The translations under genes and the position numbers were made by a program. From a virus, in IMG/VR virus record IMGVR_UViG_3300033155_000498, positions 1-64,000 of that record: a DNA stretch of 64,000 nt; one strand, 5' to 3'. Of this stretch, positions 28,897 through 39,229 are shown piece by piece. The notes under the pieces are model-generated. The model worked only from the letters and a program-made list of their open reading frames with translations. It searched no databases and was not told the DNA's origin. How positions within the stretch are numbered: position 1 is the stretch's first letter; every line of letters starts with the position of its first letter.

Positions 28897-29422
28897 AGGC
28901 TGGACTGGTGATAACACATGGAGACTAAAAATTTGGTCTCCCGAATGGACATACGAGTATAGCCATTATGCTATACTAGATAAAATAAATCCAGACACAG
29001 ACTCGGTTGTGGATGTCGGTTGTGGAACTAACATGTTTCACGGTAAGATTAAACACTTAGTTGCATTTGATCCTACGCCTTGCAGTGATGATAGCATCGC
29101 TCCGTATATTATATCAACACTTGAAAATTTTGAAACAACTGAAAAGTTTGATGTTGCGTTATGCTTAGGGTCTATTCAATTCGGCACTGATGATGATATG
29201 ATTAGGCAAATTGAAAAAATAAACGGTATGCTAAAACCATCATGTAAAGTATTTTGGAGATTTAGACTCGAAGATGATAGTCCTGAAAAATACCTGTATA
29301 ATTGGACCTTATCTAGATTACAAGAGTTTGCCGATCAGTACGGATTCACGCAACAAGAAGAACACGTCGATACTAATATTAAAGGTGTCTTGCCTAGGCA
29401 ATATGTTGAATGGGTTAGATAA
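28886..29422 (+). CDS. class I SAM methyltransferase (paralog of the upstream gene)
   Basis: VVDVGCG, ALCLGSIQF, YVEW. Confidence 0.75.
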   Translation: MTTKGWTGDNTWRLKIWSPEWTYEYSHYAILDKINPDTDSVVDVGCGTNMFHGKIKHLVAFDPTPCSDDSIAPYIISTLENFETTEKFDVALCLGSIQFGTDDDMIRQIEKINGMLKPSCKVFWRFRLEDDSPEKYLYNWTLSRLQEFADQYGFTQQEEHVDTNIKGVLPRQYVEWVR

Positions 29423-29980
29423 TTATTTTTTAACTGGTAAGTGTGCTAACGTACGAAACGCATTCATTTCATCATCAGTACTTCTGTAAATATTCTTATG
29501 TGGTAAGCCAGATGCTAAACGCATTTCATTTAATTCCATCTCGTGAGTTTCGCGATATGATTGCGGGCTTAGAATTAACTCTCTTGCTAGTACTTCTTCA
29601 TCAAATCCAAATTCATTACCATCGTATGTGACAGTCCAATCTGTTATTTCTAAATCAGTTAGTGTATTAAAATCTTCTAGCATCTCTTTCATTTGTGCAA
29701 TTAATTGAGTCCTACGTTGAATTTCAACAAATACCAAATACCTGTTTGGTTCAATCTCGCCAGGTGAACGATCAGCATCAATTACCCATGTGTAGCCGGT
29801 TTCAAACCACTTAACTAAGTCTTCTGCTACAACAATATTATGTACGTAAAAGCTCAATACAACATAAGCATCATCGTCACCAACTTTGCTTTTAAACTCG
29901 TCAACATATACAGTAGGCTTAATCATGTCTACCATATCTTTGTATTCTAGGCCTTCGTTAAGCGAATGGGTTTTCTTCAT
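29423..29980 (-). CDS. phage hypothetical protein
   Basis: ORF track; coupled in a late operon. Confidence 0.6.
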   Translation of the reverse strand: MKKTHSLNEGLEYKDMVDMIKPTVYVDEFKSKVGDDDAYVVLSFYVHNIVVAEDLVKWFETGYTWVIDADRSPGEIEPNRYLVFVEIQRRTQLIAQMKEMLEDFNTLTDLEITDWTVTYDGNEFGFDEEVLARELILSPQSYRETHEMELNEMRLASGLPHKNIYRSTDDEMNAFRTLAHLPVKK

Positions 29981-30551
29981 CTTCTAAGTCCTGTTGTTCT
30001 GCTGCTTCATCGGCAAACTCTTCTTCGTCGTTGTCAATATTAGCATCCTGATCGAGATCTTCCTCATAACCAAGATCCAAGTCTTCAAGATCAATTTCTT
30101 GTCCTTCAAGCTCAATACTACCACTACGTATATCTGCGATAAGATCCTTTGGCATTGTAATCTCAACTAACCAAATTGGCATATCGTCTAAGATAGGTTT
30201 CTTTGTACCGGACCTAAAGTCGTCTTTATCTTCAACTTTACGTGGTATTTTCATTGTGGTTTTCTTAAATTTAATCTTACAATCAAATGGAAGTAACCGT
30301 CTAGCACCCTTTGGGTCTGGCATTAAGTGCCCGGGCCACATAAATGTACACGCTACGGTATATCGAGTAACTTCTGGGCCTTCGACCAATTCACCTAGTA
30401 TCCAGTTTTTAAATGCATACAAGTCAATTTCGTCAAGCACACCTTCAAAGTCTAGTAAGGTAGTTAAGCTACCATCACTCATGTAAATGTCTTTGATAGT
30501 GTCGGCTATTGCCCAGTAATCGGTATCTTTTGAAAAGAGTTCATCATTCAT
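29958..30551 (-). CDS. phage hypothetical protein (acidic tail)
   Basis: TAAATA-N5-ATG; 197 aa. Confidence 0.6.
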   Translation of the reverse strand: MNDELFSKDTDYWAIADTIKDIYMSDGSLTTLLDFEGVLDEIDLYAFKNWILGELVEGPEVTRYTVACTFMWPGHLMPDPKGARRLLPFDCKIKFKKTTMKIPRKVEDKDDFRSGTKKPILDDMPIWLVEITMPKDLIADIRSGSIELEGQEIDLEDLDLGYEEDLDQDANIDNDEEEFADEAAEQQDLEDEENPFA

Positions 30552-30699
30552 AGTGTTATTTATGACTATCTAATAGGATGGGAGTAATTGACTAGTTGTA
30601 AATCAACCGTGTTATTTATCTTAAAATAATCCAGAATATGTACATATACTCGTGCCTGGTTGTTGAAGTAAATATTATTGCAAAGAGGAGATTTTCGAT

Positions 30700-31428
30700 T
30701 TGACAAAGAAACAAAAAGCAAAACTTAAAAAGAAAGGCAGTGTAGTTAGTTTTAATGACGCATTGAAAGTAAAAGCAAAAACAAGAGATATAAAATTAAT
30801 ACCTAAATCAGTAAATCAAGAGAAGTACATTTTTAGTTTATTGGACGACCAGCAAGATATAGTCATTGCATACGGTCCAGCCGGAACTGGCAAAACTTAC
30901 CTAGCGATGCAAGCCGCTATAAAGAACTTGCGAAACGGGCTATGCGAACGCATAGTTTTAACCAGACCAGCAGTGGGAGTAGAAGACGAAAAACATGGAT
31001 TCTTGCCAGGCACCCTAGAGGAGAAGATGGCACCATGGACGCGTCCATTACTTGATGTAATGAGAGAATATTATACACCACTCGAAATAACGAGAATGCT
31101 AGAAAACCAAATAGTCGAGATAGCACCCCTAGCGTTTATGCGTGGTCGTACGTTTAAAGACTCGTGGATTATTGGCGACGAGATGCAAAATGCAACTCCA
31201 GGCCAAATGAAGATGCTACTAACCCGCATTGGCGAAGGGAGCAAGATTATAATTACAGGCGATATCGAACAAACGGATAAGCGCAAGAAAGACAACGGTC
31301 TTATTGACTTATGTAATCGACTAGAAGAATCAGTTGATGGTATTTCACAATGTGAACTAACTAAGAAGGATATCCAACGCCACAGAATTATTGAATCTGT
31401 GTTAGGAATGTATAACGACGTTACGTAA
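30700..31428 (+). CDS. phoH: PhoH-like ATPase
   Basis: GPAGTGKT, RPAV, GFLPG, FMRGRT, DEMQN, TRIG, GD. Confidence 0.95.
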   Translation: MTKKQKAKLKKKGSVVSFNDALKVKAKTRDIKLIPKSVNQEKYIFSLLDDQQDIVIAYGPAGTGKTYLAMQAAIKNLRNGLCERIVLTRPAVGVEDEKHGFLPGTLEEKMAPWTRPLLDVMREYYTPLEITRMLENQIVEIAPLAFMRGRTFKDSWIIGDEMQNATPGQMKMLLTRIGEGSKIIITGDIEQTDKRKKDNGLIDLCNRLEESVDGISQCELTKKDIQRHRIIESVLGMYNDVT

Positions 31429-32002
31429 GAATCTTATAGATTTCTTTCCAGTTTTTAACTAAAGGAATGTCTGGGTTTTTATAATTCATGTTAAACCCGT
31501 GCTCCATGAGTATTGGCTTAAGGCCAAATGTCAGGCCGTCTTCTGCGTTTTGAATATTGTCTTCAATCCAGTAGTCACCAGAGTTAACAAAATCAATCAG
31601 ATACTTCTTTTTAGGAGCGCCAATCGGCAGACATTCGATGTGTTCAAATGTGCTCTCACCGAACAGTTTGTTTAGATTCATTATACGTAGTCTAGCGACA
31701 TTCTCATCTTCGCTAACACTTGTAATAACGTGGAATACATATCCGTGGTCTTCATGCAACATTCTAACATACTGCATTGCATCACGCAAGGGCGGTAGGA
31801 AACCTATTGAGGCAGACTCATTAAAGTTTTTAACAAGCCGTATTACTTTCTTATCCTCAAGACCATACTGATCAGCAACTTTATAAAACAATCCTTGATC
31901 CATTACAACAGGATCATGGCCGTGATGATCTAGCCATACATGGAAAGCAAATTCCCAATTCAACAAAACGCCATCAGCATCAACTAGAATTCGTTTGTTC
32001 AT
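31421..32002 (-). CDS. HAD-family 5'(3')-nucleotidase-like protein
   Basis: DADGVL, WIED. Confidence 0.75.
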   Translation of the reverse strand: MNKRILVDADGVLLNWEFAFHVWLDHHGHDPVVMDQGLFYKVADQYGLEDKKVIRLVKNFNESASIGFLPPLRDAMQYVRMLHEDHGYVFHVITSVSEDENVARLRIMNLNKLFGESTFEHIECLPIGAPKKKYLIDFVNSGDYWIEDNIQNAEDGLTFGLKPILMEHGFNMNYKNPDIPLVKNWKEIYKILT

Positions 32003-32267
32003 TTTTCACCTTTTTTACGAAGAACTTCTTATGTAATAGTAAAGCACATATAAACCCAAGTGCTCCACCTGTGCCAATCCACAGTGCGGAAGCCCATCCT
32101 ATCTTAACAACATACAAAATTAATGCTATGTCTGCAAATGCAATAGCATAACTCGTTACAGCACCCCAAACAAAAAGTCTATGTATGACGTTCTGCTGTT
32201 GAAGTACTCTTAACGTGACAAGGCAGAATGCTGCCAATGTCATTAATAGACCGCTAGTCAGATCCAT
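31980..32267 (-). CDS. small membrane protein
   Basis: 3 hydrophobic segments. Confidence 0.6.
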   Translation of the reverse strand: MDLTSGLLMTLAAFCLVTLRVLQQQNVIHRLFVWGAVTSYAIAFADIALILYVVKIGWASALWIGTGGALGFICALLLHKKFFVKKVKNEQTNSS

Positions 32268-32652
32268 CTTCAGTCTTGGCTTCTACTGCCGCAGCTACTT
32301 CTGCTTTTAACTCAGCTTCAACACCTTCAACAATTTCAGCAGGTACATCATCATTAATAATGGTGCTTGCCATTTCTGTTGCTGCTGTTAATACCTCGTA
32401 CTTCGCTTCTAACTGGCTAATAACCTGTGTGTAATGTGTCTTGTAAAAGTTATTGATAGTGGCAAAGTCTTTGCTATCCACTTCATCGCCAAGCTCACCT
32501 TGGAAGCGTGACTTAATAATTTTGCGATCCTTGTAATCAATAATAACAGATGCAGTATTTAAATACTTGTTTCTAATTTTATTATCAACTTTAATTGTTT
32601 CGTTGTATTTCCCAAGTGGTGTCTGGTGATACGTTACTATAAAATATCTCAT
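32254..32652 (-). CDS. hypothetical protein
   Basis: ORF track; coupled. Confidence 0.6.
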   Translation of the reverse strand: MRYFIVTYHQTPLGKYNETIKVDNKIRNKYLNTASVIIDYKDRKIIKSRFQGELGDEVDSKDFATINNFYKTHYTQVISQLEAKYEVLTAATEMASTIINDDVPAEIVEGVEAELKAEVAAAVEAKTEDGSD

Positions 32653-32942
32653 TATGTCTCCTTAAAATTTAATCCCCGTGTCCATAACTCTTTAATAATC
32701 TCCGAGCTTACATTATCTGGGTGTTCCGGGGAATAGTCCACGCCGTCGATAAATTTAGGTTCCCATGAGATTTCCCATAAGTTATAATTATTGCGAATTT
32801 CCCTACCAAGTGTATGATGGTATTGCGACAAAGCCCTATCATCCCATCCTGTCTTAAAGAACCAATCTCTATCGTCCTCAGTCCACTCTTCCTTAACAAT
32901 TCGTTGCAGATCCTTAATTATTTTTTCGTGTTCTTCTCTCAT
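32652..32942 (-). CDS. hypothetical protein (DUF6794-like)
   Basis: HHTLGREIRNNYNLW...HPDNVS. Confidence 0.55.
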   Translation of the reverse strand: MREEHEKIIKDLQRIVKEEWTEDDRDWFFKTGWDDRALSQYHHTLGREIRNNYNLWEISWEPKFIDGVDYSPEHPDNVSSEIIKELWTRGLNFKET

Positions 32943-33865
32943 TTAGCACCTTGCACCAACTCTATTAACGTTGCCGACAAGTTAATTTCTGGATCAGCAA
33001 CTAACGCATGGTTTACTAACCCTGTACGAATTGTTAAGATAGCTGCATCTTGTTCTTCTTCTGTATCGCCCCATAAGCCAATTGAATCATACATCCAACG
33101 GTAAACACTTTCGATCTCTTCTGGTCTGATACTTGCACAAATAACTTCGCGCGCCTTTGTGTACTGTTGTTTCTTCATTAAGTCAATGACTGCCACCTTC
33201 CAATCATCACCTGCGCCGCTTTCATCACCGTGCGGTTGGACAAGTGTACCTGTGGTGCTGTTCATTTGCACAAGGTTTAAACACTTACGTAAATCTGGAT
33301 AGGTCGCTTTTACATAATTGTCAAGCGTATCGATATCAAACTCAACTTCTTCTGTGATTAATACTTCTGCTACTCTTGCAGTAAACTCAGTTGCATCAAT
33401 CTTGTTAATGTGGAAACCCTGGCAACGTGAATGCAGTGGTCCGATAATCTTATTTGCAAGATTACATGTTAGAATAAAACGGGCAGACGTTGCGTATGTT
33501 TCCATAACACCACGTAACATACCTTGAGCATTAGGTGATAAGTAGTCTGCTTCATCTAACAACACAACTTTGAAATCACCAAATGGCATTGTTTGTACAA
33601 AACCTATAATCCTTTCACGTATATGGTCTACACCAGTCTCACGGCTTGCATTAACTTCCATTAAATCATAATCATCAACACCGCATTGGTTAATTAAGAT
33701 CTTCGCAAGCGTTGTTTTTCCTGTACCAGGTGGCCCACTGAATAATAAATGTGGAATAGATTTTTCTTCGATCCACGTTTGAATTTGTTTCTTTTGCGCT
33801 TCATCTCTAAATACGTAACCTTCAATTGAATCCGGTCTGTACTTCTCAGTCCATAGTTCTTGCAT
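32939..33865 (-). CDS. clamp loader AAA+ subunit (RFC small/gp44-like)
   Basis: WTEKYRP, GPPGTGKT, NAS, DEAD, SRC. Confidence 0.93.
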   Translation of the reverse strand: MQELWTEKYRPDSIEGYVFRDEAQKKQIQTWIEEKSIPHLLFSGPPGTGKTTLAKILINQCGVDDYDLMEVNASRETGVDHIRERIIGFVQTMPFGDFKVVLLDEADYLSPNAQGMLRGVMETYATSARFILTCNLANKIIGPLHSRCQGFHINKIDATEFTARVAEVLITEEVEFDIDTLDNYVKATYPDLRKCLNLVQMNSTTGTLVQPHGDESGAGDDWKVAVIDLMKKQQYTKAREVICASIRPEEIESVYRWMYDSIGLWGDTEEEQDAAILTIRTGLVNHALVADPEINLSATLIELVQGAK

Positions 33866-34265
33866 TAACTGTTCTCTCTCTTAAATTGGTTGTGCTAAAC
33901 GAGTGCTTTCTACTATTATACACAAGTTCAATGCCATTGTCTAGGCAAATCTGTTTTCCGGTGAAGTCCATATCTTTATATTCTTCACCTATAAATCGTT
34001 TATTAATATGATATGTGCGTAGGATATCTAAAACTTCAGCTTCAGTAGCATACGGAATAATCTCGTCTACGTATTTGCAGCCTTCTAACTGTACATAACG
34101 CTCAAACACGGATTGAATTGGTTTGTTCTTTCCCGGTCTGTCTAACGTAGGATCCGTTTGTAAGCATACAATCATATGGTCGCATTGTGCATGAGCTTCT
34201 TTAAGCATCGCAACATGACCAGCATGGAACAGATCAAACGCAGAAAATACTATTCCTACTGTCAT
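33846..34265 (-). CDS. tagD: glycerol-3-phosphate cytidylyltransferase-like protein
   Basis: FDLFHAGH, HSFSTT. Confidence 0.8.
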   Translation of the reverse strand: MTVGIVFSAFDLFHAGHVAMLKEAHAQCDHMIVCLQTDPTLDRPGKNKPIQSVFERYVQLEGCKYVDEIIPYATEAEVLDILRTYHINKRFIGEEYKDMDFTGKQICLDNGIELVYNSRKHSFSTTNLRERTVNARTMD

Positions 34266-34440
34266 CGGTATATCACCCTTGTTACTCTCTTATAAGGAAA
34301 ATATGGCTTGACCAACGATTGTATGCTAACCTTAGGATTGTAATTATGTTGCTTTCCCCAAATATCGAATAGTCGTAATTGTTCTTCATCTCGGATACAA
34401 ATAATGTTACTAGCAATTTCTTTATCTAATAACTCAGTGT

Positions 34441-34776
34441 TCATTTGGTGCCTCTAGATCCGTCAAATATACATATGAAATACAGTTCAATTCTTTCGCT
34501 GTTGAATACTTTATGGAATACGCCGTCTTCGATTGTTACTATATCGCCGGGCCTAACTGAGAATGTTTCATCGTCTAACTGCATCATACCTTCACCTCGT
34601 ACAAAGATATATACTTCTTCTTGTCCTTCGTGTTTGTGGCCGGTTGTGCATTGATTTGGGTGTAGCATTGTGCTACTTAAAACTAGATTATTAAGTTCGG
34701 TATTGTCTTGGACAATGTAAGTATCGTTATCTCTAACTAGCTCACCGCCAATGTTTAGTGTTGTGTGTTTTGCCAT
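34441..34776 (-). CDS. cupin-domain protein
   Basis: GHKHEGQEEVY...GVFHKV. Confidence 0.8.
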   Translation of the reverse strand: MAKHTTLNIGGELVRDNDTYIVQDNTELNNLVLSSTMLHPNQCTTGHKHEGQEEVYIFVRGEGMMQLDDETFSVRPGDIVTIEDGVFHKVFNSERIELYFICIFDGSRGTK

Positions 34777-34797
34777 TAAAAAACCTCCGCATGGATA

Positions 34798-34826
34798 ATT
34801 ATACAATTATTCACGTCGAAGGTCAA
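34798..34826 (-). promoter_or_regulatory. sigma70-type promoter
   Basis: TTGACC-17bp-TATAAT. Confidence 0.7.
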
Positions 34827-34841
34827 GTGGGTTTGGTTATA

Positions 34842-35174
34842 TTATAATTCTTCTTGGTGGCCTGGTTGCCAAATTTCTGAGGCTGTGCCGCCTGTTGTGT
34901 GTACTCTAATTGGGCCCGGTGCTTCACGGTGATAGTAGCGTGTCCAGGTAGTGTCGTAATCGTCATAACCTGTTCTTTCGGTATGATAATCTTTAGTCAT
35001 CCAACCCAAAGCTTCTACATCACCCATTGTGTAAATCGGGTCTGATGCGCTTGAAGCATTGTGTACAGTCGGCATCATGCCAGCTTCAATTTCTGCTTTT
35101 AAACGTGCTTGACGTTTTTTGGTATCGTGCATGTCGCTGTCGACATCTTCTGTAATAAACTCTGATGATTTCAT
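34842..35174 (-). CDS. putative internal protein
   Basis: MKSSEFITE; TAAATA-N5-ATG. Confidence 0.6.
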   Translation of the reverse strand: MKSSEFITEDVDSDMHDTKKRQARLKAEIEAGMMPTVHNASSASDPIYTMGDVEALGWMTKDYHTERTGYDDYDTTWTRYYHREAPGPIRVHTTGGTASEIWQPGHQEEL

Positions 35175-35185
35175 AACGTTATTTA

Positions 35186-35599
35186 TTAAAAATCGTCGCT
35201 ACCATCTCTGTGCAATGAACCTTCAATCCTGTGTAGATCGGATTTACCTGTAATAGCTGTTGACCATGTCTCATCGCTCTGCGGTTCGTCACTAACTAAT
35301 ATAATGTCATTAACATCAACTCGTCTAAGAACAAGTTCTTCATCTGCAATTACCAGCTTCATACCGCGTGTCCAGCGACCGTGTTCAACAAGTACCCATT
35401 CGCCTACTTCAATATCCGTTTGCTCTGGTCCAATTGCAACTACTTCGCCCCAGCGAGGTTTAATTCCCTCGGACTTACCATCGTTGCCCGGTACAATAAT
35501 GCCGCCGTTTGTGATCCTTTCGTGGAACTCCATGCCTTTAACTAAGACATGGTCTTTAATTGCTTCTATACCGTTAGCTTTATAGGTTAATGATGACAT
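35186..35599 (-). CDS. phage-type GroES co-chaperonin
   Basis: GGIIVPG...GEVVAIGP...VGEWVL. Confidence 0.8.
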   Translation of the reverse strand: MSSLTYKANGIEAIKDHVLVKGMEFHERITNGGIIVPGNDGKSEGIKPRWGEVVAIGPEQTDIEVGEWVLVEHGRWTRGMKLVIADEELVLRRVDVNDIILVSDEPQSDETWSTAITGKSDLHRIEGSLHRDGSDDF

Positions 35600-36045
35600 T
35601 AAATTTTCTTAACACCGTCAACCGCACGTTCTTCTTCACGTGCTGACTGCTGTGGTTCTTGTTTAACTTCTCTCGCCTTTGCAATTGCGGCAGCTAGACC
35701 ACCTGTTGGTGCTTCTTCAGCTTGTGTTTCTACTGGAGCAATAGTTGGTGCTTCGTCAAGTCCTACAATCTCTGTAGAGCCTTCATTACGTGCTGCAATG
35801 TCCTTGGCTGCTTTCTTGCTAGTAGCAACAGGTAAATCTCTTGCAACATTACCAATTTGCTTACGATAATTTTTGTTAACTTGTGCTGAACGTGTGGCTG
35901 TAGTCTTGTTAGTGTTATCAAGTACATCTCCGCGAGCATTAACATTCATATTGCCAACGGCACGAACAGTTTCGTTCTTTAATATTAGTTTCTGAAAATC
36001 AATTTCTTGCCCAGACGCTGATCTATAAATTTTGTTTCCTGCCAT
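35599..36045 (-). CDS. hypothetical late protein
   Basis: AVGNMNVNARGD; TAAATA plus RBS. Confidence 0.6.
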   Translation of the reverse strand: MAGNKIYRSASGQEIDFQKLILKNETVRAVGNMNVNARGDVLDNTNKTTATRSAQVNKNYRKQIGNVARDLPVATSKKAAKDIAARNEGSTEIVGLDEAPTIAPVETQAEEAPTGGLAAAIAKAREVKQEPQQSAREEERAVDGVKKI

Positions 36046-36074
36046 AATTTATTCCTCTAGTTATATACGCATAT

Positions 36075-36599
36075 TTAGCGTAAAAATTCCTTGGGATCAA
36101 GTTTATAAAACATACTATCAATCCTATGTACTTTTAATTTGTACAATACATAGCTTGATACACTAGATCCTCGTCCAACGCCCCAAACTACGTTATTCAA
36201 TTCCATAATATCTACTAAGTATTTCATATAACGCAACAGGTCAAACAGATCCCGGTCCATGTACAATAATAGTTCTTCGCCGCATCTTTGCAATTCTGCT
36301 TCGGTATCACACAAACTTAGAATATATTCAGCAATGTCCATCTCTTTATAGCTATCGGGCATGTACCATTGTTCTTGATTTTGCTTATCAAAATCTTCTA
36401 CAGATAAATCGTTTTCTAAATGAATAACCAGTGCTTCGTACCCGGCAGCTTTATTTGTGTTGCTGACATCTATTGTCTGCCCATCCTCTATTTGGAACGG
36501 TCCAGGACGATAAGCAGGGTCAGGATTTATGTCATGCATGAGTATATCAAACACTTCGGCTTGATCATAAATCATTTGTCCAAATTTATCTGTTTTCAT
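36075..36599 (-). CDS. DNA polymerase III alpha (DnaE)-like fragment
   Basis: GVGRGSSVSSYVLY ~ DnaE GPGRGS; ends before the catalytic DxD. Confidence 0.7.
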   Translation of the reverse strand: MKTDKFGQMIYDQAEVFDILMHDINPDPAYRPGPFQIEDGQTIDVSNTNKAAGYEALVIHLENDLSVEDFDKQNQEQWYMPDSYKEMDIAEYILSLCDTEAELQRCGEELLLYMDRDLFDLLRYMKYLVDIMELNNVVWGVGRGSSVSSYVLYKLKVHRIDSMFYKLDPKEFLR

Positions 36600-37297
36600 T
36601 TTTTAGGTTTTTTAGGCTTCTTTGATTTCTTGCCTGTGAAGTCAGCTTTAATAACTGTGCCCGCACCTTCCTTAGGTGCTTTCAATGAAGATGGAAGAAT
36701 AAATTTATCTTCCTCTTCATCTGTCTCTTCATCTGCTAGCCAACCTAAGTTTAACAGATCCCAAGTCAAAGGAAAAGGTTTAGCTTCTTCGATTTCTTCT
36801 ACATCTGTGCCCGCTGGATATGATGCGAAGCGCGGAGCAGGTGATGCCCACCATTTTGTATCATCTTCATCATTTACTAATTCATGTACTTCGTCATCTT
36901 CGTCAGCGGAATCCCAAACGTATGTAAGCAATCCGCCCACTGCGCTCGTAATTTCGGCGTCAGATATAACAAGCGTATCTTCTAAGATGACATTCATCTT
37001 TGTAACTAGTGTAGCTAATATTATTGGATCAAATGGGCCTGGTGCAGGAACCGATAATACAGGCACTCCCATTTTCATAAATGACTTCATGGTTGCATGA
37101 TCATTTTCTTGAACAAAAATACTACGTTGAACTGTCTCGTATATAAAATACGATATGCGTTCTACGCCGGTATTCTGATCTTTCATTGCATCACCTAAGG
37201 TGTAGAAATCTATTATTAACGAATATTTGTTAAAATACAACTCACCATCTAAGTATATGCCTGCCATAAAATCATATTGGTTCTTCATTCTTGCCAT
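36596..37297 (-). CDS. hypothetical protein
   Basis: ORF track; coupled. Confidence 0.6.
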   Translation of the reverse strand: MARMKNQYDFMAGIYLDGELYFNKYSLIIDFYTLGDAMKDQNTGVERISYFIYETVQRSIFVQENDHATMKSFMKMGVPVLSVPAPGPFDPIILATLVTKMNVILEDTLVISDAEITSAVGGLLTYVWDSADEDDEVHELVNDEDDTKWWASPAPRFASYPAGTDVEEIEEAKPFPLTWDLLNLGWLADEETDEEEDKFILPSSLKAPKEGAGTVIKADFTGKKSKKPKKPKK

Positions 37298-37312
37298 CTA
37301 AACTAAATTCCT

Positions 37313-37786
37313 CTAATGTAACTCTACTACAATACCCACGCTGACAGTTTCCTTAAACATAGCATAAACATTGAAGTGAGTGTCAGGCTGCCCATCAAAT
37401 ATAACAAAAGATCTATATTCCACGGGCTTGAGATTCGTTAATGCATTTGGACTAAGCGGTACTATAGCATTGTTTATTCTGTCACGAAGTGCTTGATTTG
37501 AGGTGTAATCCCTAATCATATTTTGCATATCATCTTTGCGACTGTGCTTAGTTACAAATAACAATGCATCTGGGTGTTCGCATAATAATTGAAGAGCTGC
37601 TGTAGAATGTCCCGACCGCCTTGGTAGAAATATTCTTACTGTACCAAAATCTTCACGGAATGCCCGTCTTGGCATATTGCGCTTCATGCTTACAATTTGC
37701 GGTGCCTTTAGATTCTCTAGTGCTTGCATACATAAATCAACTATCAACTGTGAGTTGACTTTCGCTGCGGTATCATCAACTATCAT
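37313..37786 (-). CDS. hypothetical protein with degenerate P-loop
   Basis: LPRRSGHST ... VIFD. Confidence 0.5.
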   Translation of the reverse strand: MIVDDTAAKVNSQLIVDLCMQALENLKAPQIVSMKRNMPRRAFREDFGTVRIFLPRRSGHSTAALQLLCEHPDALLFVTKHSRKDDMQNMIRDYTSNQALRDRINNAIVPLSPNALTNLKPVEYRSFVIFDGQPDTHFNVYAMFKETVSVGIVVELH

Positions 37787-38025
37787 GAAATATCAATCTT
37801 CTCGTCTAAATCCGGACCATCTTTATTGCCATACATTTCTTCAAGCACCTCATATTGTGCCCTTCTATAAACTTCAATCACCATTTCAAGCTGATTGATG
37901 AGAGATTGATTGCCTGTCCTGTACACAAATGTAATTCGTTTTTGGAGATCCATAATCTTTGCTTGAATCTCTTCAAGGTTTAAATCATTCTTTATTTGAT
38001 GTATATCTACGCCTGGGTGTTCCAT
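37783..38025 (-). CDS. hypothetical late protein
   Basis: TAAGTA-N5-ATG. Confidence 0.6.
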   Translation of the reverse strand: MEHPGVDIHQIKNDLNLEEIQAKIMDLQKRITFVYRTGNQSLINQLEMVIEVYRRAQYEVLEEMYGNKDGPDLDEKIDIS

Positions 38026-38037
38026 AATAGTACTTAG

Positions 38038-38448
38038 TTATAGATCGCCTTCTGCACGATTTTCTGATTCCTCAACTGTAAAGCCTTCCTTATAACGACC
38101 GTCTAGCTTATCTCTGTTCATTTCGATAATTTCATCACCTGTAATGCCCAGTGCCACACATGCAACCATAACGTAAAACATTAAATCACCAAGCTCTTTT
38201 TGTAGATGGAGTTTGTTGGCTAGATCAAGTGGTTTGCCCTGAAAGATCATTTTCTTAACAATCTCATCAAACTCTCCTGCTTCCGCAGTAAGGCCAACTG
38301 CCGCTGTAAGTAACTCCGGAATTTGCACTCCGATACCATCGCCATCTTCTTTAAGAGCTACTAAGCTCTCAATCATTGTATCAAAGTCTTTACTTTGCTT
38401 TGATAGTTTGCTTTGCACAAACATTTCGTAATCTTGTAAATCTGCCAT
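38038..38448 (-). CDS. mazG: MazG-like NTP pyrophosphohydrolase
   Basis: GLTAEAGEFDEIVKK...KELGD...NRDKL. Confidence 0.85.
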   Translation of the reverse strand: MADLQDYEMFVQSKLSKQSKDFDTMIESLVALKEDGDGIGVQIPELLTAAVGLTAEAGEFDEIVKKMIFQGKPLDLANKLHLQKELGDLMFYVMVACVALGITGDEIIEMNRDKLDGRYKEGFTVEESENRAEGDL

Positions 38449-38837
38449 TATTCCTCCTCAGGAAACCATACGTTCATAGCTGCTTCAATAACAGCTTCGT
38501 TTAAATTTATTCTATGTGCAATTGCCGGCTCCGTTTCCGGACCTGGAATGTATCGGTAAATGAAGTATTCCCCTACACCATCATCGTAGAATAGTTTACA
38601 ATCAACATCAGCAATTATTACATCTAGAAGTTTATGATTCTGGTCAAGTCTGTTGAGCGGATCCCACTGTACTGCGGGGTTATTGGATAACATTACCTTG
38701 CCGTCGATAATTTCTACATCACAGGCACAATGCTTGGCAAATGTTACAAGCTGGATAGGGGTAGGTTCCCTAAGCTTCAACATCTCATTCCAATCATCTA
38801 TTTGTTCTTGGGTCATTTCTCGCATGACTATCTCCAC
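38448..38837 (-). CDS. hypothetical protein
   Basis: ORF track. Confidence 0.55.
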   Translation of the reverse strand: MEIVMREMTQEQIDDWNEMLKLREPTPIQLVTFAKHCACDVEIIDGKVMLSNNPAVQWDPLNRLDQNHKLLDVIIADVDCKLFYDDGVGEYFIYRYIPGPETEPAIAHRINLNEAVIEAAMNVWFPEEE

Positions 38838-38894
38838 AATCGTTAGTTATGGTAGTAGTATAAACGAATCTTAGTGGAAAATCAAGCTATTCGG

Positions 38895-39197
38895 TTACCA
38901 AGTAGCGGCTGCTGTACGAACCCAAATATTAGCAATGCCATCATATTCGGCTGTACAAAGATACATATATGTTCCATCGTATGCAAGCTGACCTGGGAGA
39001 TCACCTATTGCACCAATAGTGGTGGGCGGCACTGCAACTAAATTTTGTTTATCTTGTAACGCTTCGATTTCCGTCTTTGCTGCTTCAAAGTTAGTATTGA
39101 TGTTCGTGAAATTATCACGAAATCCTTGACTGTCGTTGTCTTGTCCTGCAATTGGAAAATCTGTGTCGATATTAGTTGTGTTTATAGTGCTAGCCAT
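38895..39197 (-). CDS. small virion structural protein
   Basis: FPIAGQDNDSQGFRDNF; C-terminal YMYLCT...IW module. Confidence 0.65.
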   Translation of the reverse strand: MASTINTTNIDTDFPIAGQDNDSQGFRDNFTNINTNFEAAKTEIEALQDKQNLVAVPPTTIGAIGDLPGQLAYDGTYMYLCTAEYDGIANIWVRTAAATW

Positions 39198-39229
39198 ATT
39201 ATTTTAATCCTTAGTAACTGTATTTATTG

